In this document: one piece after another, positions 12,554 through 26,184 of the stretch | Position numbering within the stretch: position 1 is the stretch's first letter | Layout: each line of letters begins with the position of its first letter | DNA from: Octopus vulgaris | Lineage: Eukaryota | Assembly: GCA_951406725.2 (NCBI GenBank) | Contig: OX597815.1 | Location: 144,336,001-144,400,000, forward strand | Direction of reading: 5' to 3' | DNA length: 64,000 nt | Position numbers and translations under genes: made by a program | Notes under the pieces: generated by a model | Seen by the model: the letters and a program-made list of their open reading frames with translations, nothing else | Told to the model about the DNA's origin: nothing | The model's database searches: none

Positions 12554-12826
12554 AAATTAGAGACAAAACCACTATTATGCAAATCAAACAAAGAAAGACT
12601 TAATCCAATACATAAATTAATTTATATTTAGAAATTTAACAATTATTAATAATTGTTAAATTTCTAAATATAAATTAATTTATGTATTGGATTAAGTCTT
12701 TCTTTGTTTGATTTGCATAATAGTGGTTTTGTCTCTAATTTATTATAATATAATATTTTACTATAAAATTGGATTCAATCCTAAATCTGATTTTTCCCTG
12801 TAAGTTTGGATTTATTCCCTAATATT

Positions 12827-12830
<4 letters not shown>
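12543..12830. repeat. Perfect 210-bp spacerless palindrome (12543-12752) plus ~80-bp extension, in (TA)n
   Basis: Exact reverse complementarity about the axis at 12647/12648. Confidence 0.95.
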
Positions 12831-12870
<40 letters not shown>

Positions 12871-12928
12871 TTGGAAATGGATGCGTGATATTTAATTAAG
12901 TAATGATAATAAATAATATATATATGTA

Positions 12929-13225
12929 TATATGGCTACAGGATGTCACCAACTGTGTAAACAACATGAAATACGTAGAAAAACGAGTTAATTACATAAA
13001 CAACAAGAGAAAAACTGGAAAACAGGACAAGTAAACAGACACGACTCTTCATCAGTTGTTGGCTGTCTATCTACTCCTCATTTCGGACATTCAGCCAACA
13101 ACTGATGAAGGGTCGTCTCTGTTTACTTGTCCTGTTTTCCATTTTTTTTCTCTTGTTGTTTATGTATTTAACTCATTTGTCTACATATTTCATGTTGTTT
13201 ACACAGTTGGTAACATCCTGTACCC

Positions 13226-13230
<5 letters not shown>
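12929..13230. repeat. Inverted-repeat insertion (arms ~12929-13066 and ~13092-13230), Penelope-like terminal remnant
   Basis: tacaggatgtcaccaactgtgtaaacaacatgaaata...ttcatcagttgttggctg and cagccaacaactgatgaa...tatttcatgttgtttacacagttggtaacatcctgta; flanked by (TA)n. Confidence 0.85.
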
Positions 13231-13262
<32 letters not shown>

Positions 13263-13369
13263 TACATACATGCATACATACATACATATTTTTTTTCTCT
13301 CTCTAGTTTCAGCTCAGAGCTGTGGCCGTGCTGATGCACCACCGTTTTGCTACACTGTTATTAAGAGCC

Positions 13370-13836
13370 TTCTCTAATATGTGGCACTTGGTGAAGAATT
13401 GAGTTTGATATAGCTACCCTCATTTGCACCTCTTGCCGTGAGGTAGGTTCATCTGGGACTCTCAACAGGAAGAGGTCCAGCTTTGATTTGAAAACCCTAT
13501 GTCTACTTTGTGCAAGTTCCTCAAACTCTTTGGGAGAATATTAAAAAGCTGTGGGCCCTTGAAACCCAGGCTGTTGCAGTAACTGGTCCTGAAGTGTGAT
13601 GGCATTGCTGGGATCTTTGGCACTATGCAGTGTCGTCCCATTCTGGCATTAGTATAGCTTTTAATGCCAAAATTTGGCACAATTCCTTCCAGGATCTTCC
13701 AGATATATATTACTGCATACCTCTCCCGTCTTCTCTCCAGGGAGTAGAGTCTTAGCTGTTTCAACCTTTCCCAGTAGCTGAGCTGTTGCAATGAGACGAT
13801 CTTCTTTGTGAATCTTCTCTGGATTGCTTCAAGGTC
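13370..13836 (-). mobile_element. CR1/L2-group LINE ORF2 3' fragment
   Basis: LEAIQRRFTKKI..LSYWERLKQLRLYSLERRRERY..IYIWKIL...GPQLFNILPKSLRN..VPDEP. Confidence 0.9.
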
Positions 13837-14683
13837 ATATCTGGTTCAAATATCCTACTTGTATGTTTATATTGGTCAGCTCTGGGTTCTCTCAACTACC
13901 CTACAATATCATCCTAAAAATAAACAATCACATCATCAAAATCTCAAAGCTATGAGATAATGCTTTATTAATTCAAAATAATGTGAATAAATATGTGTTA
14001 CAGTTGAGAGAGTAATCTCAATGTTAAAGGATTATAATGATTTCTTTTGTACTGTAAACTATTTACCATTTCTGTGATGCCCCCCCCCCCTTCCCTTCAT
14101 GCCCTAAGCACGTAATTATTTTGGCTTAATGGTTAATCCAGTGCTGCCTTCAAGGTGGTGTCCCAGCATGGTTACAGTTCAGTGACTGGAACAAGGGAAA
14201 AGCAAAGAAATGTATATCATCATCATCATTTTCTCATGGTATTTGTTCTGCTTGACTTGCACCGACTCACTTTTGCTTCTCTCTGGTGAATTCAATCATT
14301 CAGTGATAGGCCTTTCATCACCTTTTAACGAACAACGCTGTTGATATCAAAATACAATAATCAACATTGCTTTAAAGTCCATTTTCCCGTGCTAGCATGG
14401 ATCAGAGAGAATCTCTTGAGGTGGGTTATCTACAGCTAGATGCCCTTACAGTCACCAACACTTATCTGTTTCCAAGTAAGGTAATGCTTTTGTGGAAGAT
14501 AGGATATGGACATCACTTGCACAATAGTGATACTCATTTACAACTATGAGGCAATGTCAAGAGGCAAGGAGATAGTAATATAAGCACACATACACATGAT
14601 GAGCTTCTTTCAATTTCCATCTTCCATATTCACTCACAAGGCTTTGGTTGGCTCAGGGCTATAGTAGAAAACAACTGCCCTAA

Positions 14684-15020
14684 GGCGGCGAGCTGGCAGA
14701 AACGTTAGCACACTGGGTAAAATGGTTAGCAGTATTTCGTCTGTCTTTATACTTTGAGTCCAAATTCGGCCGAGGTTGACTTTGCCTTTCATCCTCTTGG
14801 GGGTTGATAAATTAAGTACCAGTTGCGTACTGAGGTTGATTTTATCGACTGCCCCCCCCCCCCCCAAAAAAAAAATTCAGGCCTTGTGCTGAGAGTAGAA
14901 AAGATTCTACAACAATCTTTTGAGGCGACAAGCTGGCAGAAACGTTAGCATTCCAGGCAAAATGCCTAGCAGTATTTCATCTGTCTTTACATTCTGAGTT
15001 CAAATTCCACCAAGGTTGAC
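14684..15020 (+). mobile_element. SINE family C, one full and one partial copy
   Basis: ggcggcgagctggcagaaacgttagc head, gagttcaaattc B-box-like motif and ttgactttgcctttcatcct..ggggttgataaattaagtaccag central domain. Confidence 0.85.
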
Positions 15021-15255
15021 GTGTGGTTGGAAAACAAATTTCTTAACCACATGGCCATGCCTATACACAGTGCCCTTCATTTCCAATATTCTATGAAAAC
15101 ATGTGTCATTGGGAATGGGTGAAAGTTGGTGACAAGAAGTGCACTAGGCTGTAGAAAAATGTGCCTCAACAAATTCTGTCTGCCCCGTGCAAGCATGGAA
15201 AAGAGGATGTAAAGCATGCACACACACACACACACACACTTTGTCCTAGATTACT

Positions 15256-15720
15256 CATCATCATCTTTTAATGCCCATTTTCCATGCTGGTATGGGTTGG
15301 ATGGTTTGACAGGAACTGGTAAGGTCAGAGATTTGCACCAAGCTCCAGTCTTCTGTTCTGGCATACTTTCTACAGCTGGATGCCTTTCTTAACATCAACC
15401 ACTTTACAAAGTGTACTGGGTGCTTTTTACATGGCACCAGCACCAGTGCTTTATATATAGCAGTAGCAGCATAGATGTTCATACATGGAACCAGCACAGG
15501 TGCTTTGTATGTGGCACCAACATGAGTGCTTTATATATCGCACCAGCAAAGTACTTTGTACGTGGTACCAACACAGGTACTTTATTTGTGTTACCTGCAT
15601 GTGCTCCTTTTTCATGGCACTAGCATGGGTACTTTATATGTTATACCAGCAGTGGTGCATTTTGCATGGTATTTGTACTGGTGGTTTTTTGCATGACACC
15701 AGTATGATCGTAAGCCCCAA
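15256..15720 (-). mobile_element. Family B tail variant with an internal ~26-bp tandem array
   Basis: (CAT)n end, then repeated gtgctttt(t)atgtggcaccagcac units. A similar copy lies at 38775-39130(+). Confidence 0.75.
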
Positions 15721-16004
15721 CAATGCAATTTCATGAGGAAAGTTATCTGAGTGGCCTTGCTTGTATGAAGTTTGATGTTTGAAATATTCCCACCAGAGCC
15801 AGAAATGAAATGAAAATAGTGAGCTTGAAACACCATGTGTTGCTGGCAAGGTTTTTGTAAAAATAACATAAAGATAAGCAATTTCATCATAACTTTCATA
15901 TAATATTTCAAAATATATTTAAACAACAGATATTTCAAAGGAAAAACAGGCTCAGATTACCAGCTAAATGATCAGAAACATGTAACTCAGAGCACATCAT
16001 TTAT

Positions 16005-16390
16005 CTTTTACTTGTTTCTGTCATTACACTGTGCCCATACTGGTGCACTGCCTTGAGGAAATTTAGTTGAACGAATTGACCCCAGGGCTTTATTTTTTAA
16101 GCTTGATAGACTGATACTTATTCTACTGGTCTCTTTTGTTGAACTGTTAAGTTATGGGATGTAAACACATCAACACTGGTTGTCAAGTGGCAGTGGAGGA
16201 CACAGACACAAAGATATACACATGCACACATAATGGGCTTCTTTCAGTTTCCATCTAACAAATCCACTCTCAAAGCTTTGGTTGGCCTGAGGCTCTAGTA
16301 GAAGACACTTGCCTAAGGCACCACACTGGGACTGAACTCCAAACCATGTGGTTGGGAAGCAGACTTCTTACCACACAGCCAAGCCTGCAG
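16005..16390 (-). mobile_element. SINE family A
   Basis: Full reverse-complement copy. Further minus copies at ~22330-22712, 26600-26972, 35830-36115, 45665-46010, 46055-46452, 54283-54652 and 55935-56330. Confidence 0.9.
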
Positions 16391-17128
16391 TTATGAATGG
16401 TTCGGTTACAATGCATTAAAGAAGACTTGGTACTCGTGTATTGAGTTCCGTAATTTATCTAATACTTAGAAAAGTTTCAGCCAGAATTGGTACAGACCAT
16501 CATCATCATCATCGTTTAACGTCCGCTTACCATGCTGGCATGGTTTGACTGAAGGCTGGCAAGCCAGAAGGCTGCACTGATGTGGCAAAGTTTCTACAGC
16601 TGGATGCTCTTCCTAATGCCAACCACTCTGAGAGTGTCGTGGGTGCTTTTATGTGCCACCTACACGAGGGCCAGTCAGGCGGAACTGGCATCAGCTATGC
16701 TCAAATGGTGCTTTTTATGTGCCACCTGCACAGGAGCCAGCCCGGCGGCACTGGCGATGACCACGCTCACATGGTGCTTTTTTTATGTGCCACCGGCACG
16801 AGAGCCAGTCAGTGGCCCTGGCAATGATCACACTCAACCATAACTAAATTAATAGCATCACCAGGAAAAGACATTTAATGATGTTTCACATTACAGTTAT
16901 TCATTAGGCACCATAGCCCATTGGAGTAAAGAGTTATTGTTTGCAAAGATTTATCCGGGTGTAGGTGGTTTATCTGGAATTTATTGGAGATATTTGTCCA
17001 GGAAGCATTTGAATGTTATGAGATCTTTTTCATCTCTTACATATCTTGGTGTGATGCTAAAGAGAGCAATGTCAGTTGAGGTGAAATAGTTTTGTCTTCA
17101 TGATGCAAGCATGAGTTTTGTAGAGGAT

Positions 17129-17178
<50 letters not shown>

Positions 17179-17411
17179 AACCTTGCTGTCCTCAAGAAGA
17201 CCTGTCCACTATTGCAGAATGTAGTGATGGTCCCACATAAAAAGCACCCAGTACACTCTGTGAAGTGGTTGGCATTAGCTGTAGAAATTATGCCCAAACA
17301 AACAGTAGGAGCCTTGTGCAGCCCCACCCTTCTGGGGCCTTACCAGCTTCTCCCAAACTGTCCAAACTATGCTAGCATGGAAAATAGACGTTAAATGATG
17401 CTGCTGTTGTA

Positions 17412-18285
17412 TATGTGGTCTGATCAATAAGTATCTGGATTGTTGCCATAGTAATGAAGCCAAAATACGCAGAGTAAAGCCGCTTGGCACAGATTGACCT
17501 TGGACTCTGCTGTGCATGTGCACTAAGTTTTAATGTTCCAGCTTACTTCTGCTGTTTACAGCAGTGCTTGGAGGGAAGGTGTGTAATGTGTGATCACTGC
17601 ATCGACCATGACAGAGAATGTTGAGCAGAGTATCTGCATCAAATTTTTTCCCAAAACTTTGCAATACCTGCTCAGAGGCCTATACAAAGTTTTCAAAAAG
17701 TTTCCATCATTCTTGACACAATCAAGGAAATCTTGTGCTACTGAAACCCAGGTGTCTTTTTGGTCAGCTGGAAACAATTTTGGCACAAACTTGGCAGACA
17801 TGCGTCTCATACCCAAATCTTCAGTGATAACGGAATGAACTGAACCGTAACTAATCTGCACATCCTCTGATAAGTCATGGATGGTGATTCGACAGTTTCC
17901 CCTCTCAGCTGCATACACAGTTCTGCAGGTTGTGGGTCTCCCAGAACATTCATTAATATCGACATTTTTTGGCCATCTTGAAAACATCCGAACCACTTGT
18001 ACACTTGTGTGCAGCTCATACACTCCTCTCCATACACTTTCTACAATTTTGCGTAGGCTTCTGAGCAGCTATTGCCATGACAACTTTTTCTGTCATGGTC
18101 AATGTAACAATCACACACTACACACCTTCCTTCCGAGTACTGCTGTAAACAGAAGTAAGCTAGAACATTAAAACTTTGTGCACATGTATAGCAGAGTTCA
18201 AGGTCAATCTTTGACAAGTGGCTTCACTCTGTATGCTTTAGCTTTGTTACTATGGCAACAGTCTGGATACTTATTGATCAGACCT

Positions 18286-18289
<4 letters not shown>
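17412..18289 (-). mobile_element. Mariner-derived fold-back element with partial transposase N-terminus
   Basis: TA-flanked TIRs GGTCTGATCAATAAGTATC and ~240-bp inverted arms. Minus-strand ORF ..SGRPTT..RITIHDLSEDVQISYGSVHSVITEDLGMRRMSAKFVPKL (HTH plus WVP-like linker). Confidence 0.9.
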
Positions 18290-18316
<27 letters not shown>

Positions 18317-19119
18317 GGATAAATACACGCATACACATGTATATAAAGTGAGGTTATTTTAAAGCAAGTTCAAGAATAACAACTAAACATTTATTGATGG
18401 TGTGAGTCATTACTAAGAATAGTCAAATTTATTGGAGAGTTTATGTTGACTGGGAAAGTTCTAACATTTATTCAATCACTGTTAAACAAACTTTACAATA
18501 TGTGTGTGTGTGCATGCATGTGTATAGGCACACCTTTTATTTTGTCTATATATATTCATATATATTGTGTGTGTGTGTGTGTGCATATATATATATATAT
18601 AGTAAAATGCATATTTATTTCTATATATCAATGTTAACATTTGTTTATCCAAGATAAGTCGGATGGTTCTACCATGCATCATATGACATTTGTGTTGGTC
18701 TTTGTCATCACATCTGTGAGGCCTAGATTCCTAAGCTCTGACATCATCACATCTTCCCATGACTACCACTCCTATGTCTACCCACAATAAACAACACATG
18801 ACACTTAAAAAAAATTTTTTTTATATAACCAACCACACTTTGTCCATTCTAGTAACATATCCTGACCAACTTCTCATTTCCTTTATAACACCTTTTCTGA
18901 CCATATTTCTAACAAGACCTTAATTAAAACTCATAAGAGGCTAGCAGCCAACTGTTGTTGGTTTTGAACTCATTATACGCAGGTATTTACTTGTTGAAAT
19001 TTAGGCCTAAATATAAAGAGCTGAAAGAATTGCTGCAAGGCATTTTGCCCAATGCTCTAATGAGTCTGCCGACCCGCCACCTTTAAGTAGATTATAAATA
19101 TCATCATCATCATCAAATG

Positions 19120-19785
19120 CAGCGTTTCTCAACCGGGGTTCCGCAAAAGGTTCCTAGGGGTTCCGCAAGAAAGAGTGAGATAAGTTAATGCTAATTTCAT
19201 GATTGTAATATTACTATACATGCACAACATATTGGTTACTGTAATACAGACATTATCCTATTATGTTATCAAAAAAATATAATAACCATATATATATATA
19301 TATATATATATTGGCACCTGTGTTGGTGGCACATAAAAAACACCATCCGAGCGTGGCTGTCTGCCAGCCTCGTCTGGCACCTGTGTCGGTGGCACATAAA
19401 AAAACACCATCCGAGCGTGGCCGTCTGCCAGCCTCATCTGGCACCTGTGTCAGTGGCACATAAAATCACCCACTACACTCTCGGAGTGGTTGGCATTAGG
19501 AAGGGCATCCAGCTGTAGAAACACTGCCAGATCTGACTGGCCTGGTGCAGCTTCGGGCTTGCCAGACCCCAGTTGAACCGTCCAACCCATGCTAGCATGG
19601 AAAGCGGACGTTAAATGATGATGATGATATATATATATTTATGTATGTATGATATTTACCACATGAACTATGATGAAAATAATATGTGAAAGATATGGTA
19701 TATAATTTTGTTTTGTGCAGGTATTCCTTGAGACATGTAATTTATATTAAGGGTTACACAAGGGTGAAAAGGTTGAGAAATGCTG
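19120..19785. mobile_element. hAT (Charlie-like) MITE containing a family B insertion (19312-19628)
   Basis: TIRs CAGCGTTTCTCAACC / GGTTGAGAAATGCTG. The MITE itself interrupts another family B tail (19101-19119 and 19786-19975). Confidence 0.75.
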
Positions 19786-20555
19786 CTAATGTCTGACTTC
19801 CATGCTGGCATAGGCTGAACAGTTTGACAGAATTCAATGAACTAGGACTGCTTTGGGCTCCAGTGTTTGCTTTGGAATGCTTTCTAAACTGGGTTCCTTT
19901 CCTCATGTTAACCACTTTACAGAATGTTCTGGGTGCCTTTTTTTTTCTAATAAAGTCACTAAGTAACTTACAAGACAAAGAAAAAGTACCCCCCCCCCTC
20001 CATCACTGAGTGGATTACAGAAGAGCTGGAGGTGACTTTGTGCCACATGTTGAAAAGAGACAGGCACATGTGTCTTGCTGTAGAAGAGACACATGGCTAC
20101 CCCAAATTTTATAAGAGGTGAGAGATGATGGAAAGAAGATAAAGATGTTGGTGACAAGATGTGAAAGTGTGCTCTCAAGGTACAAGAAGGGGTTTACAAG
20201 AGTGAATAGGGCTATGAATTGGGAAGGTGGTTTGTCTATACCATTGACACCAGTATGAGACTGGTACTTTGTTTTATTGACCCTGAAGCGATGAAAGATT
20301 AAGTTGATCTCATTGGGATTTGAACAATGAACTTGACAGAGCCAGAAGAAATATCCTTTCTACTATAGGCACAAAGCCTGAAATTTTGTTGTGGGGAGGC
20401 GCTAGTCGATTATAATGACCCAGTGTTCAACTGGTGCTTATTTTACCGACCCTGGAAAGATAACATGCAAAGGTGACCTCGACAAAATTTGAACACTGAA
20501 TATAAAAGCAGATGAAATGTGACAAAGCATTTTGCCTGGCATGTTAATGATTCTG

Positions 20556-20845
20556 CATGTGGCTTAGTGGATAGGGCATTTGGCTCATGATATTAAGATC
20601 AGGAGTTCAATTCTCAGTGATGTGTTGTATCCTTGAGCAAGACACTTTATTTCACGTTACTCTAGTCTGCTCAGCTGGCAAAAATGAGTTGTACCTGTAA
20701 TTACAAAGGGCCACCCCTTAGAGCTACATTAAGGGTACATGTGTTTGTGGAGTGCTCAGCCACTTGCACGTTAATTTCATGAACAGACTGTTCTGTTGAT
20801 CAGATCAGCTGGAATCCTCGTTGTCGTAAGCAATGGAATGCCAGT
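20556..20845 (+). mobile_element. tRNA-derived SINE family D
   Basis: TGGCTTAGTGG A box, GAGTTCAATTC B box and TCCTTGAGCAAGACACTTTATTTCAC central domain. A related copy lies at ~39965-40265(-). Confidence 0.75.
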
Positions 20846-21110
20846 TAGTTATTGCTAATGATTCTGCCTGCTCCCTACCTTGGAGCCTGAAGAAATATCA
20901 CAAGGTGTTCTGTCCACTTTTCTTACAATTGTTTCAATCCATTGTCCTTAAGTAGATTATAATCAAAGTAACATCCATTATTTTTGGTTAATATTGGTGG
21001 GTTTTGCTGTTTTGATGGGTTGAGGGGGGTGGGATCTGAAATTGTGTTGGTTGTCACTTGAGATGTTGACATCAACCATTGTCGTCAGCCTCTCTCTCTC
21101 TCTCTTACAG

Positions 21111-21517
21111 GATGATCACTCAAGTCTTTGATGCTGTTAATTCTCAGCAAGCAAACTGTTCTTCATTAATCTTCAGCTTGTTTCACACTAAGCATTAAAT
21201 AAAGGTCACCATTGTTCCCTGCTAATAAGCAGACTTTGTTGCATCGAAGAAGTGTCCGGGTTTGGCTGAACTAGGATAGTTGTTGATAGGAGATGACTCC
21301 TTGCTGCACATTGCTGACGTCAAAAGTAGTTATTGTGCATCAGAACTCATTGTTGTCATAGCAGCAGCAGCAGCAGCTGTAGTCTAGCCTAACTCTGCTG
21401 GTACATAGTTTATTGTCTTCGTTTACCATTTATTAGTTCTTTAGCTGTGTCATGATTGAATGGAAAAAGTGAAGAATTCTAGCGGAGTTGCTACCAAAGT
21501 GACTCCTTCAACTGCAG
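21111..21517 (+). other. Candidate exon of the plus-strand host gene; ends with short ORF start MEKVKNSSGVATKVTPSTA (ATG at 21460)
   Basis: Strong acceptor (ct)n-ttacag|G at 21110/21111 and donor CAG|GTTAGT at 21517/21518; unique sequence. Confidence 0.5.
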
Positions 21518-23486
21518 GTTAGTTCGGCTGTCTGTGTATGTGTGTGTATGTACATATTGTGTGCATGTGTATATGTAATTGTATGTGTGTATGTAAAACA
21601 AATACCGTTTCAGTACACTTTTTGGTAATATTTTTGTTTGCAGTTGTTCAAATAACTGTAACCCTGTTTCGTTCGGCATTGAATTGTTGTGATATTTCGA
21701 AATATTGTGTGGAACATGAGTGTTAAATGACAATAATGATGTAAGGGTTACAGTGTTTAAAACATCAAACTGTTTTCCTATTCAAAGAAAAAAAAAGTTT
21801 GTAATCCAGAATCTCTTTTCTTATCTTATCTAACACTACTTCAATGTTAAATTCTTCCTTTCAGCAATAATTTCATCTTCCTCTTTCCTTTCTCAACTCA
21901 GCATCATATTTTCAAATTAAATAATTCTCAACTTTCTTTCTCTCTTTCATATCTAAACAATTGCTGCTACTGTTGTTCTTAACCCCAGATCAATCTTTAA
22001 TGAGCAGACCTTATGATGAAAGACATTCCAGCGATGACCATTCCATTGTTTTCTTTTAGACATAGTGTATCTAGCTCTACCTCTCTTTATTTTAAGTAAC
22101 AGGGTGTGGTTTGAAGGGGGATTTGGCAGCTATTTCTAGCAAATCAAGTGACCATGTAGTAGCCCTCCTCCTCATATACTTTTGTATACATTTGATTTTT
22201 CACATTGGTTTAGGGTTTTAAAATTTCAGGGTGCATTTGAATAGGAAGAGAAGCAATTGATATTAATGCACTACATATTAATTACATTTCTTTGTATTAA
22301 TTATTGAGTGGGTTTGCTTTGTTTATTCTCTTTTACATGTTTCAGTCATTTGACTGCGGCCATGCTGGAGCACCGTCAACCCCAGGACTTATTCTTTGTA
22401 AGCCCAGTACTTATTCTATTGGTCTCTTTTGCTGAACCGCTAAGTTTTGGGAGCATAAACACACCAACATATATATAATAATTTTCATATTACTATTTGT
22501 CAAGCGATGGTGGGAGGACAAACACAGATACAAAGACACAAATACACACACACATGATAGGCTTTCAGTTTCTGTTTACCAAATCCACTCACAAGGCTTC
22601 GGTCAGCCCAAGGCTATAGTAGAAGACACTTGCCCAAGTTGCTATGCAGTGGGACTGAACCCGGAACCATGTAGTTGAGAAGCAAACTTTTTACCACACA
22701 GCCATGCCTGCGTTTGTAAATTTTTGTTTTCTCTGTGGTGGTATTTTTTTTTTTTAATTCTGTATTAGTTTGGATTATCTCATTATTTGGTGTTCAGCTA
22801 AACTAAATACAATATATTATCATATCACATCATATCTCATTTGACACCACCTCACCTGAGACCACCACCTCTGAAGATTCTAAGGTCCAAAATCTTTTGT
22901 TAGTAAATATGAGTTCAATCATAGTTTTAGGTAAGAAACTTCTGTTTTGTTCCAAATACTGGCTTAATAAGGAAAAAATTACTTTATTAACAACCGATGT
23001 GGTGTGTTTATGTCCCCGTAACTTAGCGGTTCAGCACAAGAGACCGATAGAATAAGTACTAGGTTTACGAAGAATAAGTCTTGGGGTCGATTTGCTCAAC
23101 TAAAAGGCGGTGCTCCAGCTTGACCACAGTCAAATGACTGAAGTTAAAGAGTAAAAGAGTAGAGTAACATATGGTTTGGAATAATCATAAAACACTTTAC
23201 CATCATCACTTAACATCCACTTTTCTATGCTTACATGGGTCGGAGGAAACTTTTTGAAGTAGATTTTTCTATGGCTGGATGCTCTTGCTGTTGCCAATCC
23301 TTCCCTATTTCCAAGTAAGGCAATATTTTCCCATGTTCTCCAGACAACAAACAGCTGAATGGTTAGACACGCTTTTATGGAGCAATGTAAACTAATGAGA
23401 CCCTTTGTATGAACGATGCCTTTTGTTAACAATTAGTGTGCATCTGTTGTCAAGACAATAAGAAAATGTGCAAAATACACACATAT

Positions 23487-24255
23487 GCAGGAGTGGCTGT
23501 GTGGCAAGAAGCTTGCCTTCCAACCACGTGGTTCTGGGTTCAGTTCCACTGCATGGCACCTCGGGCAAATGTCTTCTACTATAGCCTTGGGCCAACCAAA
23601 GCCTTGTGAGTGAATTTGGTAGACGGAAACTGAAAGAGACCTGTTGTGTGTGTGTATATATATATATATATATACATACATATTTTCCATGCCGGTGGCA
23701 CGTAAAAAGCACCAACCAATCGTGGCCATTGCCAACCTCCCCTGGCACGTAAAAAGCACCATCCATACGTGGTCGATGCCAGTGCCACCTTGACTGGTTT
23801 CTGTGCTGGTGGCACGTAAAAAGCACCAACCGATCGTGGCCATTGCCTGCTTCCCCCGGCACCTGTGCCAGTGGCACGTAAAAAGCACCCACTACACTCA
23901 CGGAATGGTTGGCATTAGGAAGGACATCCAGCTGTAGAAACACTGCCAGATCAGACTGGAACCTGGTGCAGCCTCCTGGCTTCCCAGACCCCGGTCGAAC
24001 CATCCAACCCATGCAAGCATGGAAAACGGACGTTAAACGATGATGATGATTTGTGTGTGTCTGTGTTTGTTTCCCAACCATCACTTGACAATTGATGTTG
24101 GTGTGTTTATGTGCCCCGTAACTTAGCAGTTCAGCAAAAGAGACCAATTGCATAAGTACCAGGCTTTCAACGAATAAGTCCTGGGCTCGATTTATTCGAC
24201 TAAAGGTGATGCTCCAGCATAGCTGCAGTCAAATGACTGAAACAAGTAAAAAAGA
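23487..24255 (+). mobile_element. SINE family A with a family B tail (23688-24049) inserted in its central microsatellite
   Basis: Head at 23487-23650; the tail resumes at 24051. Confidence 0.85.
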
Positions 24256-26184
24256 ATGGAGTGCACTGGTTGTCAGGCGGGCACTGGCTGGATGAGACGT
24301 GCGTAGTCGGCGGCGAGACAGGCAGATACTCACATGCAAGTGTGGCTGTGTGGTAGAGAAGTTTGCTTCCCAGCTACATGGTTTCAGGTTCAGTCCCACT
24401 GTATGGCACATTGGGTGTTTTCTACTACGGCCCTTGGTCGGCCAAACCCTTGTGAGCCAATTTGGTAGATGGAAACTGATATACATGAACATGTATATGT
24501 TTGTGCATGGATGCATGTGTTTTGTTTCCTTCTTTTGATATTGCATGACAGTCATGAACAAGCATCACTCTCATACAAATGGTGTCCTTCTTTAGCAATC
24601 TTCTGTGTAAACATGTCCAGCCAGAGGGAAATATTGCCTTATTTGGAAACAGATGGAAGTTGGCAACATGAAGGGCAGCCAACCATAGGAAATCATCCTC
24701 AGCTAATACCGTCCATCCTAGACAAGCCTGGGGAGATGGATGTTAAAATGATGTTGATGATGATGATGATGATGACACAAATATACTTTATTATTAATAA
24801 TATCAATGAAAATATCCTTTTTCATATAAATCTTGGAGAATAATTATCTGTAATATCTAACGCTTCCTCCAATTTCAAGAGTTGGTTATTTATCTAACCA
24901 AAGATTTGTTACAGCAAGATCCTGTGTTTTAAACCAAAGCCTATCAGGTTCTTCTGTATATTTTGCATTTTTCTCAAGTTACTGGTTCTCTTTCATCTTC
25001 CTGATAATTTCTTTTACAAGAATTACTTGTACTATGCACATATTAAGTGCAGGCATAACTTGTGTGGTTAAAAAGATCATTTTGCAATCATGTGCTTCTG
25101 GTTTCAGTCCTACTGTACAGCACTTAAGGCAAATGTTTGCTATTTTAGCTCTGTGTAAATTAATGTGAGTGAATCTGGTATGTGGAATCTGTGTGGAAGC
25201 CTTTTGTGTATGTATATGTGTATATATGTGTGTAGCTTTGTGTTTGTCCCCTGTTACTGATTCACAACCAATGTGTGGTTTGTTTACATCCCTGCAAATA
25301 GAAGAGGCTGAAAGAATATGAAAGAAATAAGGACTGGGGTGGGTTTGTTTGACTGGACCCTTCAAGGCAGTGCCCCAGCATGGCCAAACAGTTTTCAGAA
25401 GAAAATATTCTAAACCTGAAATATACTTCTATACAAAGGTAAAAGTACAAACCATCAACTAGAATTATTTCTTGTAACTTGCATTGTTTCGGTTTCAAAA
25501 AAAGACAATGTTTATGGAAATCTGACAATACTTCATGCAAATTATACTAATCATCATCATCATTATCATTTAACGTCCGTTTTCTGTGCTAGCATGGGTT
25601 GGATGGTTCGATCGGGGTCTGGGAAGCCAGGAGGCTGCACCAGGTTTCAGTCTGATCTAGCAGTGTTTCTACAGTTGGATGCACTTCTTAACGCCAACCA
25701 CTCCGTGAGTGTAGTGGGTGCTTTTTACATGCCACCGGCACAGGTGCCAGGGGAGGCTGGCAATGGCCATGATTGGTTGGTGCTTTTTACGTGCCACCGG
25801 CACAGAAGCCAGTGAAGGTGGCACTGGCATCGATCACGTTTGGATGGTGCTTTTTACATGCCACTGGCACAGATATAGCAACTACAATTTCCATTTGATC
25901 TTTATTTTGATGTTGATATACTTGACTCAATAGGTCTCCTCAAGCACAGCAGGTCACCTTACGATCCAAGGTAAGCACAGCAGGTCGTTCTGCAATCCAA
26001 GTACTTTGGATGGGCTGGGGCTATTCGAAACTGGTGCAGGAAACAGCCATGAACTCACTGAAAATTTCAAAAATTGAACTGGAGCATGACAAAGGAACAA
26101 TTGGAAAATTCATACACAAGATATGGACATGCTCTTTCCTTGTCAGTTATCATACAAAAGAATTATTACAATTTCTTGCCTAGC

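Noticed and set aside
13095-13135. CTGATGA in the 12929-13230 palindrome (and CTGACGA at ~12392) as hammerheads
   Set aside because: There is no properly placed stem II plus GAAA, so a full ribozyme cannot be supported.
23392-24153. 253-aa ORF and many similar 70-150 aa ORFs
   Set aside because: They lie entirely within SINE A or LINE-tail repeats and recur wherever these repeats do.
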